64,000 bases of DNA, from positions 248,001 through 312,000 of the forward strand of contig JBEUKZ010000047.1 of NCBI GenBank assembly GCA_048128005.1, in the 5' to 3' direction. This DNA is from Veleropilina oligotropha. Its lineage: Eukaryota. This document shows positions 1 to 10,501 of the stretch, in pieces. Both the position numbers and the translations under genes were made by a program. The notes below the pieces were generated by a model that had not been told where the DNA came from, did no database searches, and saw nothing but the letters and a program-made list of their open reading frames with translations. Within the stretch, counting starts at the first letter, position 1. The number at the start of each line of letters is the position of its first letter.

Positions 1-112
1 ATCAAATTCCATTAAGTAAAGCCTATTAATAGTAGTTGAGTACCTACTCTTCTTTATTTATTTATTGTCTATTATTTATACTTTGCTACATCAACAGATT
101 GGGCAGAGAAAC

Positions 113-230
113 TTTGACCTGGGACCTTAACCTTAAGATTGAGCAAATGAAAGAATGTGCAGGTCGGACGGACGGACGCACGGACGGACGGAAAAGGTGA
201 TCACTAGAGGCCTCCCTGCGGGGCCTAATA
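113..230. mobile_element. Helentron/HINE-like non-autonomous element end
   Basis: (GGAC)n microsatellite followed by GC hairpin aggcctccctgcggggcct and an A-rich end; absent at the paralogous site upstream of 49261. Confidence 0.45.
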
Positions 231-263
231 AACTCAGTGTCACTATTAACCTGTCCATTGCAG

Positions 264-374
264 AGTAGGCATCGAGTTCAGTCTGACCCCAAACGACGTA
301 CACGGCCTCCCACCGAACCTGGCGTTCCTGTATGAGTTCACCAACAAAATGATGAAGAAGGATAAGAACACAGT
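264..374 (+). CDS. Putative internal exon of an unidentified host gene (VGIEFSLTPNDVHGLPPNLAFLYEFTNKMMKKDKNT)
   Basis: ttgcAG acceptor, GTGAGT donor, 111 nt open, symmetric phase; paralogous copy at 49296. Confidence 0.6.
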
Positions 375-607
375 GTGAGTTCTCTGATGTTTATGGCTAC
401 ACAGTGTGAATTCTTGGATGTTATGTTTACAAATATATAATTATTTGGGTATTGATTGCATTGAACTTGTGATTGTATTCATTTAGGATCTTCCATTTTT
501 TTCTCCATTTTGTTTGATTGGCGTCATCGACTGAGCAGTTACCACTCCAGGCATCCTACTTGTGCAAAAGAAAATCAAAATCAATTTAGCATAAACCACA
601 ATTACAG

Positions 608-845
608 TCAGCAGCAGGGGGGGGTGACCATACCTTTTATAATGGGAAAATAAGGCTCCCAGCACCTTTTCAGAATTAATATGGATCTCAACTCAGCAGC
701 AGGGGGGGGGGGGTGAATGCACTTTTTAGAATGGGAAAATAAGGCTCCCAGCACTATTTCAGAACTGAGCTGGTATTACTGGGGGGAACTAGGGAGTTCA
801 GACTAGGGGCGGCCGCCGTGGAGGCTCCCAGCACCTGTTCAGACC
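608..845 (+). repeat. Dispersed repeat with cagcagcag-G(n)-tga...gaaaataaggctcccagcac units
   Basis: Two full units and one partial unit here; same units on the opposite strand at ~36571-36690 and ~56926-57045. Confidence 0.6.
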
Positions 846-1094
846 CCAGGGTATATCGTGTATTACAAAAAGTTACCGTGTGTACAGACAGCGCGTCCGA
901 AAACCAGGTTACCCTATGAGCAACAATACCATCGATAGTCTATTCAAATACTACCTGGTTGCCTAGTTACGTCGCCCGAGTTGACCTTAGTAGAAGCGTG
1001 CCGTTGATGTAAATACAAGCTATTGTTGTTGAGTGAGTCACTCGACTGAAATGCATTGCCCAGTATCAAATGAAGGTTGACTTGATACTGGCCA

Positions 1095-1472
1095 CATTAT
1101 AATCAAGGGACAGTTAACTGGACTAAGATCCCGGATTTGGTCGGCTCTACAATATGTCTATAGTTTTTGAGGTTTCATTTTAATTAACGTGGTCTACGTT
1201 GAGAGTTGTCGTGATTTAATATTCACATCATAAGTGACGAGACACAACTTCTAAAGCCTGGCATGGACTATTAAGTTTTATCCATGTTAAGGCAGCATTA
1301 TAATCAGGGAAAGTTGACTGGACTAATGATCCAGGATTTAGTCGGCTCTACAATATGTCTATAGTTTTTGAGGTTTCATTTTAATTAACGTGGTCTACGT
1401 TGCGAGTTGTCGTGATTTAATATTCACATCATAAGTGACGAGACACAACTTCTAAAGCCTGGCATGGACTAT
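1095..1472. repeat. Tandem duplication, ~201-bp period
   Basis: cattataatca...gcctggcatggacta at ~1095-1270 and ~1296-1471. Confidence 0.85.
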
Positions 1473-1847
1473 GTGAGTGAGTGAGTGAGTATAGTTTATC
1501 GTCGCTGTGAGCACAACGGTGCCATAACGCGACGAGAATAATGTTAAATAAAAGACAAACAATAAAATGATTATAAAGCCATAAAAACAAAATGATGTAA
1601 AGTACTAAAACAATAATATGTACAGCAATAAAACATTAAGTAATAAGAACAATGTCATTGTTAAATAATGAAATACAATAGATGATGTACAGCAATAAAA
1701 CAAAATGATGCAAAGCAATAAAAATACTATCAGCATCAGTGAAATATGCAACTATGAATAAAATCAGTTATGATACGAATAAAACAAATCAATGAATGTA
1801 TATTGGTCAATGGTTTCTTAAAAAGGTTTATATAATGGTAAATGTAC

Positions 1848-4379
1848 TCATAATTTATTAATTAAACCATTGTCTCTAATAAATGATAAAATGCATGGTC
1901 CCCCAGTATTATTAAAAAGGTCTTTAAGATTTGATGCTGTAAAATAAGAATCTCTTATGTGAGCGAACTCACCACAAACAAGCAAGAGGTGCTTGATTGT
2001 GAGCTGCTCATCACAAGAGATGCATACTGGTGGATCTTCCCCTTTCAGTAAGTATTCGTGGGTTAGCCGAGTGTGCCCGATTCGAATTTGCCTTAGGACT
2101 GCTTGTTCGAATCGGGATGGTACGTCTAAATGTGTGTAGCCAATATTAGGTTTAAGTTGAAATAATTTATTATAAATTTGAGTAACCCATAAATTTTGAA
2201 ATAGTTTTCGGATGTAATGTAAAATGGCCGGTTTAAAATCAGTATATACAGTTTGTAAAGGATATATATTTTCTTTATTTAATGCTTCTTTAGCAGCTGC
2301 ATCGGCTAAATTATTTCCAGCTATACCCACATGACTCGGCACCCAACAAAACACAATATCACGATCAGTGATACTGTGGTTGAGTTCAATAATTTTCAAA
2401 ATCAGTTCATGAGTAGGGGAATGTTGTTGAAGGGCCTGTAAGACAGATAAAGAATCAGTAAATATAATATAATTATTTGCTTTGGAACGTTGGATATATT
2501 GCACAGCAGTTAGAATCGCTTTGGCTTCGGCAGTGAAAATAGAACATGGAGCAGGAAGTTTATGAGTAATACTTCTGGATCCAATTATGGTGGCACAAGA
2601 AACCTTGTCCCCATCCTTGGACCCATCAGTGAAAATTGATCGATGGGTGTCATATTTGCAGCGGATAATACCATATTCCTGTTTGTAAACAGCTTCGTTT
2701 GTGTCAGATTTAGCAAATTTTGTTAAAGATAAGTCGACCCTTGGCAATTTTAATTGCCATGGAGGGATATCAGAGAGACGAATAGTTGTAATAAGATCAA
2801 GATCGATATTAGCGGCATTTATATGAGGTTTTATCCGAATGCCAAGAGGTGGGACTAGCTTAGGTTTATCTAGAAATTTGTGTTCGTATTGTGGTTGGAA
2901 CACACAACTATATGCTGGATTTATAGGATTTGCGTAGAGTTTAATAGCGTACTGAAGAGATAGTTTAATCCTCCTTTGGCTGAGAGGTGGTTCATCAGAT
3001 TCAACATATAGACTCTCTTTAGGAGACGTTCTAAACGCTCCCATCGATAGCCTTAAACCTTGATGATGAACAGGATCCAACAATTTCAGAGTCGAATTAC
3101 TTGCCCCGTTGTATACAATGGATCCATAGTCTAGTTTAGATCTAATTAGTGATCTGTATAAGTTGAGGAGGGTTTTCTGATCTCCTCCCCACTTTGTGTT
3201 TGCAATTACTTTTATAAGGTTCATAGCTTTTAGGCACTTATTTCTAAGGTACGTTATATGTGGTTTAAACGTAAGGCGACGATCGAGAATAAGTCCTAGA
3301 AATTTTACTTCATCTACCACCTTAATGGGGGTTCCATTTAAAGCAAGATTTGGGACAGCATGGCATCGGTAGTTCTTACAAAAGTGTACACAGTTTGTTT
3401 TGCTCTTTGAAAATTTAAATCCATTTTCATGTGACCATTTCGTTATCCTGTTAAGACATAGTTGTAATTGTCGTTCAATGGTTTGCATATGTCTGCCGCG
3501 ACAGGATATGCCAAAATCATCTACAAATAATGATCCATCAATGGAATCATTTAAAACTTTTGACAGGCTGTTAATTTTAACACTAAAAAGTGTAACAGAT
3601 AAAATACTTCCTTGTGGAACCCCTTGATCCTGATCGTAGTAATCGGATAAGGTGGAACCTAAACGTACTTGGAATTGTCTATCTTTTAAGAATTGAGAAA
3701 TGAAGAGGGGTAAACGCCCTCTTAATCCCAATGAGTGAAGATCTTTTAAAATTCCATGCTTCCATGTTGTATCATAAGCCTTTTCTAAGTCGAAAAAGAT
3801 CGATACAACATGGTCGCCATTAACAAAGGCATCTTTAATATAAGACTCCAGTCTTATAAGATGATCGACTGTGCTGTGGTTTTTACGGAATCCACACTGG
3901 ATATCACTAATAAGATTGTTTGATTCTAAAAACCAAACAAGGCGATCATTAATCATGCGCTCCATGGTTTTACATATGCAGCTAGTTAACGATATTGGTC
4001 GATAATTCGACGGATCTGTAGGATCTTTTCCAGGTTTGGGTAAGGGAATAACTATGGCATGATGCCATGAAGGTGGAAAATCACCTGTCGACCAAATATG
4101 GTTGAAAATATCCAACAAAACATCCAGACATGAGCTTGGTAAATGCTTGAGAAGCTGGTAGTGGATCTCATCAGGACCAGCAGCCGTATCGTGGGATTTG
4201 CTAAGAGCAGTCAGTAATTCTGTCACAGAAAATTCATCGTTGTAATTTTCGGAATTAGCCGAAAGGAAGTTTACTTTCTGCTTCTCTTGAGTTTTTTGGT
4301 ATTTCTGGAACTCTGGCAAGTAATTCTTCGATGAAGAATTACTTTCCAGAGTTTCGCCCAATTTATTTGCCACATCAAG
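1848..4379 (-). CDS. B1 ORF2 C-terminal part (RT, RNase H, CCHC)
   Basis: FFDLEKAYD, GVPQGS, LFVDD, FTDGSK, WVPSHVGI; joins 9362-10501 in frame when A1 is removed (..ITSK|LDVANK..). Confidence 0.92.
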   Translation of the reverse strand, partial: LDVANKLGETLESNSSSKNYLPEFQKYQKTQEKQKVNFLSANSENYNDEFSVTELLTALSKSHDTAAGPDEIHYQLLKHLPSSCLDVLLDIFNHIWSTGDFPPSWHHAIVIPLPKPGKDPTDPSNYRPISLTSCICKTMERMINDRLVWFLESNNLISDIQCGFRKNHSTVDHLIRLESYIKDAFVNGDHVVSIFFDLEKAYDTTWKHGILKDLHSLGLRGRLPLFISQFLKDRQFQVRLGSTLSDYYDQDQGVPQGSILSVTLFSVKINSLSKVLNDSIDGSLFVDDFGISCRGRHMQTIERQLQLCLNRITKWSHENGFKFSKSKTNCVHFCKNYRCHAVPNLALNGTPIKVVDEVKFLGLILDRRLTFKPHITYLRNKCLKAMNLIKVIANTKWGGDQKTLLNLYRSLIRSKLDYGSIVYNGASNSTLKLLDPVHHQGLRLSMGAFRTSPKESLYVESDEPPLSQRRIKLSLQYAIKLYANPINPAYSCVFQPQYEHKFLDKPKLVPPLGIRIKPHINAANIDLDLITTIRLSDIPPWQLKLPRVDLSLTKFAKSDTNEAVYKQEYGIIRCKYDTHRSIFTDGSKDGDKVSCATIIGSRSITHKLPAPCSIFTAEAKAILTAVQYIQRSKANNYIIFTDSLSVLQALQQHSPTHELILKIIELNHSITDRDIVFCWVPSHVGIAGNNLADAAAKEALNKENIYPLQTVYTDFKPAILHYIRKLFQNLWVTQIYNKLFQLKPNIGYTHLDVPSRFEQAVLRQIRIGHTRLTHEYLLKGEDPPVCISCDEQLTIKHLLLVCGEFAHIRDSYFTASNLKDLFNNTGGPCILSFIRDNGLINKL

Positions 4380-4392
4380 CTTGCTAGTGATA

Positions 4393-7300
4393 TTTGATTT
4401 GATTTGATTTGATGTTTAACGACCACGCCGACATTATTTCAGTCATAATCGGGTCAATAAAATAGAAATGATCGTGATTGGTATATTTACAGGTTAAAAT
4501 ATATAAATATCGATAAAAAGGCATGTAAAAACAATGTAAATTTAGATAAAAACAAAGCAATAAAATAAAATGCTAGTGATGATAAAATGGTTGATAAAAA
4601 CAAGTATAATAATAAAAAACAAAATCTGAAATTTGTGAAATAAATACTATTAAAAATAAAATATAAATTATAACTTGTAGAAAATATTTACTTGTTTTAA
4701 AAACTCGAATAAAGCTTCGAGCTTAGTGAGACTAAATAACTCTTGGAGCGAGTTTGCCCGGAAGTACTTTTGGCGTGCGAGATCCAAATCGACACAATCC
4801 AATAATATATGTTTAATTGTTAGGGCACATGCACAAGGAATACACTCAGGTGGAGGCTCCCCCTTAAGCAGGTAGCAGTGAGTGTAGTGGGAATGCCCAA
4901 TTCTCAGTCTAGCTAAGACAACCTCTTCGCGGCGAATGATCCTGTAAGATGGAACCCATTCGCCAAGAAGAGGCTTGATTGCATGCAATTTATTCCTTGT
5001 GCATTCACTCCAAGAGTGCTGCCAAGTAGTATTTATATATTTGTTTATGTTTTGTTTAAAATCAGAGTGGGGTAATTTACAATTTAGTGTATGATTAAGA
5101 TGTGAGGCTGCCTTGGCAGCTTGGTCAGCCTTCTCATTGCCTTGGATACCAATGTGACTTGGTATCCAGCATAAAATAATGTCATTATAGGGTAAAAGAT
5201 TGTTATACTGTATTAAAATATCATAAATAAGAGGGTTTCTATTCATCTCCCTCAATGCTTGTAAGCTAGAGAGGGAGTCTGAATAGATAATAAAACGCCT
5301 ATTAATACTAGTTGATATAAAATTGAGTGCAAGTTCGATTGCCTTTAGTTCCGCAGTAAATATAGTCGCGCTACCTGGCAGACGGTTTTGAAAACATCGT
5401 CTGCCAGTGACAGCGGCTGCTCCTACTAATTCTGCATCTTTTGAACCATCTGTATATATACTTGCACGATCTGCATATTTTAATTTCAGATCGTGCAATT
5501 TTGTGAGATAATCTGTTTTGTCTGTATTTGATTTTTTGAGTGATGTAAGATCTAGGTCAATTTCCGGTACTTTTAGTGTCCATGGTGGAGTATCCGGAAT
5601 GTAATTTGTTTTAATTTGATCTATATTTATGTTTGACTTTTCTAGTGCTGGTTTTATGCGAATGCCTAATGGTGCAATTTTGTTTGGTTTTGCCTGAAAC
5701 AGAATTTCGTAATTAGGTGTAAATACAGTTTCGAAAGCTGGATTAGATGGATTTGATTTTAATTTAATTGCATACTGCAGTGAAAGTTTTTCGCGTCTAT
5801 GTGTAAGTGATGGTTCGTTTGTTTCGACATAAAGGCTTTCCATGGGTGATGTACGGAAAGCCCCTAGTGCCAATCGAAGCCCATGATTATGGATCGGATC
5901 AAGCATTTTAAGGTAAGAATGGCGAGCAGAGCCATATACAATGCTCCCGTAATCAAGTTTTGATCTAATTAAGGATCTATATAATCGGAGTAAAACTTTT
6001 TTATCAGCACCCCATTCAGTATTAGAAACTACTTTCATTAAATTTAAAGCTTTCTGACATTTAGCTTTAATATATTTGATATGAGGTATGAAAGTCAGTT
6101 TGCGGTCAAATATAAGGCCTAAAAATTTAAATTGGTCCACCACTGGAATCTCAAAGTCATCCAGTTTCAGCACAGGGTCGTCGTGTATTTCACGACGCTG
6201 GCAAAAGTGCATGCATTTAGTTTTGTCCTTTGAGAATTTAAATCCATTCTCATCGGACCATATCTGTAATTTATTTAGGCCATGTTGTAACTGGCGTTCT
6301 ATACTGTTCATATTTGTTGAACGATAGCAAATGCCAAAATCGTCAACAAATAATGAACAGTCAGTGCCAGTACTAATACATTTGACAATACTGTTTATTT
6401 TAATACTGAATAGGGTGACTGATAAAATACTTCCTTGAGGGACACCCATCTCCTGGTCGTGAAGGTCGGAGAGGGTGTCACCCACCTTGACTTTAAAAAT
6501 TCGGTCCTCAAGGAATTTTGAGATAAAAGTGGGCAAGTTGCCCTTTAAGCCAAAATCAAACAAATCTTTCATAATCCCGTACTTCCATGTAGTATCGTAG
6601 GCCTTCTCTAGATCGAAAAAAACAGCAACTAAGTGTTGTCTGTTTAAGAAGGCCTCACGAACAAAAGTTTCCAGACGTACCAAATGATCAATTGTGCTCC
6701 GGTTCCTACGGAATCCACTTTGATATTCTGTTAATAAATTATTGGATTCAAGATACCAAACTAATCTCTCGTTTATCATCCGTTCCATGGTTTTACAAAT
6801 ACAACTCGTCAGAGCTATAGGTCGATAACTGTTTGCATGCGATGGATCTTTCCCTGCCTTGGGAACTGGAATAACGGTAGCTTCCCTCCATGCGGATGGG
6901 AAGATTCCAGTTTCCCAAATGGTATTGAATAATGCAAGGAGAGTTGCAAGTGATGTTTCAGGTAAGTGCTTTAGTAACTGATAGTGTATATCATCAGGAC
7001 CAGCTGATGTGTCATGTGCCTTGTTTAGTGAATCTGTGAGTTATTTGCGTGTAAATGGTTGATTGTATGATTCAGAATTGTTAGATCTAAAATTTAGCCT
7101 TGTTTTTTCCTTTTGATGTTTGAAACGGGTAAATTTTGGTGTACAGTTATCGGATGATGAATTGGCAGAAAATGTATCTGCCAAAGTATTTGCAATGTCT
7201 TTAGCTGAGGTTGCTTCTGAGGTGTTTGTTTTAATGTGCTTGATGCAGTTGGGTATATGTTTGCCGCTGATTTTACGGATCATATCCCATGTCTTTTTAA

Positions 7301-9361
7301 TAGTGGAACGAGAGTTTAGTTTGGTAACATAGGAATGCCAGGATTCCCTTTTGCTTTGCTTGATGGTACGTCTGGCTTTTGCCCTTAGTAGCCTATAGCT
7401 ATTAAGGTTTTGTAATGTTGGGTTGTGTTTAAATGTTGAAATTGCATGTATGCGTGTTTTTATTGCTTGCCTGCAGTCTTCATTAAACCAAGGTTTACTT
7501 TTGTGTTTTGCATTTGGACAGGTCTTTGGAATTGAGAGTGTTGCAATGTCATGTAATGTCGTAGAGAAACTTGATATTGGGTCATCGCCATTAGTGAAGT
7601 TGTTTGAGTGTAATTGGTCTTCGCAAAGGGATTGGAATCTTGTCCAATCAGCTTTGTAAAGTTTCCACCTTTCAGTGTATGTTTGTGCTTGGTTAATTGT
7701 GCTTTCCAGGAAAATTGGAAAGTGGTCGCTTCCGCTGAGGTCCTCACCAACTTTCCAAGTAAAGTCCAGGAAAGCAGATGGGTCGCACATGGTAAGGTCA
7801 ATGGTGGTAAGTGAGCCTGTAGGTGGATGCATGTATGTTGGCGATTTGGTAGTATTAAATAAACACAGATTGTGTTTCCCAATAAAGTCCTCTATTTGAT
7901 GTCCCCGTTTATCTGTATCAGTACCGCCCCAATCCGTACTGTGGGCGTTAAAATCGCCACACAATATAAATGGGGTCGGTAGCTGATTGATGAGATTGTC
8001 AAGGTCAGTAGGTCGTAAGTTTGTACTAGGTGGTAAGTATACCGAGCAGATAGTTATTACTCGGTGGGTCGATATTTTCACTGCTACTGCCTGTAAGTTT
8101 GTGTTTAAGTTGACCTGACTGTGTGGTGTTCTGTTGTTGACAATGATTGAAACCCCCCCTGTTGCTTTGTCACCTGTGGTGACAATGTGATTGTATAGTG
8201 AGTGGTCTTTGATATGTATGTTGTCTGTGAGTTTCATGAAGGTTTCATTAAGACATAATGCTGTTGGTTTGTGTTCTTGAATTAATAGACTGATCTCATC
8301 AATATTAGGTTTAATGCCTCTACAATTCCATTGTATTATTGTGCCTGACATGTTGGGTTAATGGTGTGTATTAAGATATTTGTTTGTAATGTTACGTTAA
8401 AATTTGCCTATTTATCCGGTGGAAGTACGGGCTTGATGGGAGGTTTTGGCTTGTGCGGGCGATCCAATGGCTGATCGCTTTCCATTGGATCGTTGGCAGG
8501 AGGAAGCGGCCCAGGTGTTTCGGGGCTCTCCTCCGTCTGCCGGTGTAATTTGTCTGCTGCCGCCTTCCCACCCTTCATGGCAGCAGCAACAATTTCGGAC
8601 GCGAGGTCCTCGATAATGGTGTCGGTATTATCAATTTGGTCATCTGATGGTTCGTTAGTATCCATCAGGTGACCAAAGCGATTATGCAGCTTAATAGGGT
8701 CCTCGGACCCTTTGGGCTGTCGGTCTGTCTTGATTGTTTGGTGTTTAATGGCTGCTGCCTTGCGAACAGCAGCAGCCTCTTTTTTAGAGTTATGAGTAGT
8801 AGGTTTGATTGATGTTTGTGTTGATTCTGATGATGATGATGCTAACTTGTTTCGAGATGGTACAGTACTGAAGAATGGTTTGCCAGATGGCCAGGTAATA
8901 TCAGTTTGCGTCGAAGAGGATCGAGTGATCGGCTTTTGCTCCGGTGCTGCAGCAATTGCAGCATAGGATCTGCCCGAAGTAGTGCGGGATTCCACCAGTT
9001 TCCTGGCATCCGGGAAAGAGATCCGGTCGATGGTCTTGACCCTCTGGATCTCTTTCTCGTGCTTCCACTTCGGACAGTCCTTAGAGTAAGCGCAGTGCTT
9101 ACCCTTGCAATTGGTGCACAGAGGCTGTTGGGAGCAAGAGTCAGAGTCATGACCCTCTTCGCTACAACGAGCACATGCGGGATTTCTTCTGCATCGGTCT
9201 TTGTGATGCCCAAATGCCTGGCATTTGAAGCATCTCAAGGGATTTGGAATGTATGGTTCTACAGGGATGTTGATGTAACCAGCTTTAACATATTTCGGAA
9301 GCACTGGAAGGCGGAAGTCCAAGATGATGGTGTTGATGGGGACTTTCTTCCCATCCTTGAA
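4393..9361 (-). mobile_element. 5'-truncated family A Nimb-like LINE (A1) nested in B1 ORF2
   Basis: 13-bp TSD CTTGCTAGTGATA (4380-4392, 9362-9374); (AAATC)n tail; truncated within ORF1. Confidence 0.93.
4668..8351 (-). pseudogene. A1 ORF2 (APE-RT-RNase H) with a single in-frame TAA at 7041-7043
   Basis: ORFs 7041..8351 and 4668..6788 share a frame; PFTRK* vs PFSHKE in sister copies. Confidence 0.9.
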
Positions 9362-10501
9362 CTTGCTAGTGATAAGTGTGTCATCTTGCTTAAGATGGTG
9401 AAAGGAATTGCTTGAACCTTTTCCTTTGATTCGCTTCACCATATTCCACACTTTGGTAATGGGCGTTCTATTGTTTATTTTGGAAACAAAATTTCGCCAT
9501 GATTCATGCCTTGATGCCTTAAACGTGCGTTTGGCAACAGCCGAAGCACGTTTAAGAGCATCAAGATTGTCTGTAGTTGGATATTTATAGAAATGTTTTG
9601 CGGCTTTCTTTCTTTTTTTTCTAGCCTGCTTACAGTCGTCGTTGAACCATGGTTTACGTATATGTGGAACTGCAGAGGATTTTGGTATAGTTTTATTTGC
9701 GATGTCAATGAGAGCATCTGAAAATGCCTTAATAGGATCATTGACTTCGAAATGCTCGGATTTTATTGTAGTTTCACACAAGGTGTGATAAGTAAGCCAG
9801 TCGGCTTTTGAGAAATTCCATCTTGATAATGGTACATGGCCATCGGGTGTCACAGATTTGAGTATAATCGGGAAATGGTCACTTCCACAGAGGTCATCGT
9901 GGACTGACCATGAAAATTCATCCAACAAATTTGCACTTGTTAGTGTAAGATCGAGTGCTGAATACGATCCTGTGGCGGGGTGCAAGTAAGTATTTGTACC
10001 ATTATTAAAAAAACACAGATCATTATTTGATAGTAAGTTTTCTATGATCCTTCCTTTGTCATTTGAGGTGTTGCTCCCCCAAAGAGGACTGTGACCGTTA
10101 AAGTCACCCATGATTATACATGGCTTAGGAAGTTGATCATATAAATCTTGTATATCAGCTGGTGTAAGCCTGGTTGAAGGTGGGATATATAATGAGCATA
10201 GGGTAAAAGCTACATGCAAGGTAATACGGGTAGCAACTGCTTGCAAGTTGGTCGTAAGGTCAACAGGACTATGCATTATACCTTGCCGAACGAATATAGA
10301 TGATCCGCCTGTTACTTTGTCACCTTGGGGTCCATATCTGTGGTAAGGCTCATACCCTCTAAAATTAATAAGATCTGTGTTTTTAAAATATGTTTCCTGG
10401 AAACAGAAAGCTGATGGTTTAAAATCCTGTGCCAGTAATTGGATGTCACTAAAATTTGTGTTAAATCCTCTACAGTTCCACTGTATAATGTGTGTATTCA
10501 T
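8408..10501 (-). CDS. Chimeric 697-aa ORF: B1 APE endonuclease fused in frame to A1 ORF1 zinc-knuckle C-terminus
   Basis: QWNCRG/GDFNGH/SDHFP APE motifs, then junction ITSK|FKDGKK at the TSD, then three CCHC knuckles. Confidence 0.85.
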   Translation of the reverse strand: MNTHIIQWNCRGFNTNFSDIQLLAQDFKPSAFCFQETYFKNTDLINFRGYEPYHRYGPQGDKVTGGSSIFVRQGIMHSPVDLTTNLQAVATRITLHVAFTLCSLYIPPSTRLTPADIQDLYDQLPKPCIIMGDFNGHSPLWGSNTSNDKGRIIENLLSNNDLCFFNNGTNTYLHPATGSYSALDLTLTSANLLDEFSWSVHDDLCGSDHFPIILKSVTPDGHVPLSRWNFSKADWLTYHTLCETTIKSEHFEVNDPIKAFSDALIDIANKTIPKSSAVPHIRKPWFNDDCKQARKKRKKAAKHFYKYPTTDNLDALKRASAVAKRTFKASRHESWRNFVSKINNRTPITKVWNMVKRIKGKGSSNSFHHLKQDDTLITSKFKDGKKVPINTIILDFRLPVLPKYVKAGYINIPVEPYIPNPLRCFKCQAFGHHKDRCRRNPACARCSEEGHDSDSCSQQPLCTNCKGKHCAYSKDCPKWKHEKEIQRVKTIDRISFPDARKLVESRTTSGRSYAAIAAAPEQKPITRSSSTQTDITWPSGKPFFSTVPSRNKLASSSSESTQTSIKPTTHNSKKEAAAVRKAAAIKHQTIKTDRQPKGSEDPIKLHNRFGHLMDTNEPSDDQIDNTDTIIEDLASEIVAAAMKGGKAAADKLHRQTEESPETPGPLPPANDPMESDQPLDRPHKPKPPIKPVLPPDK

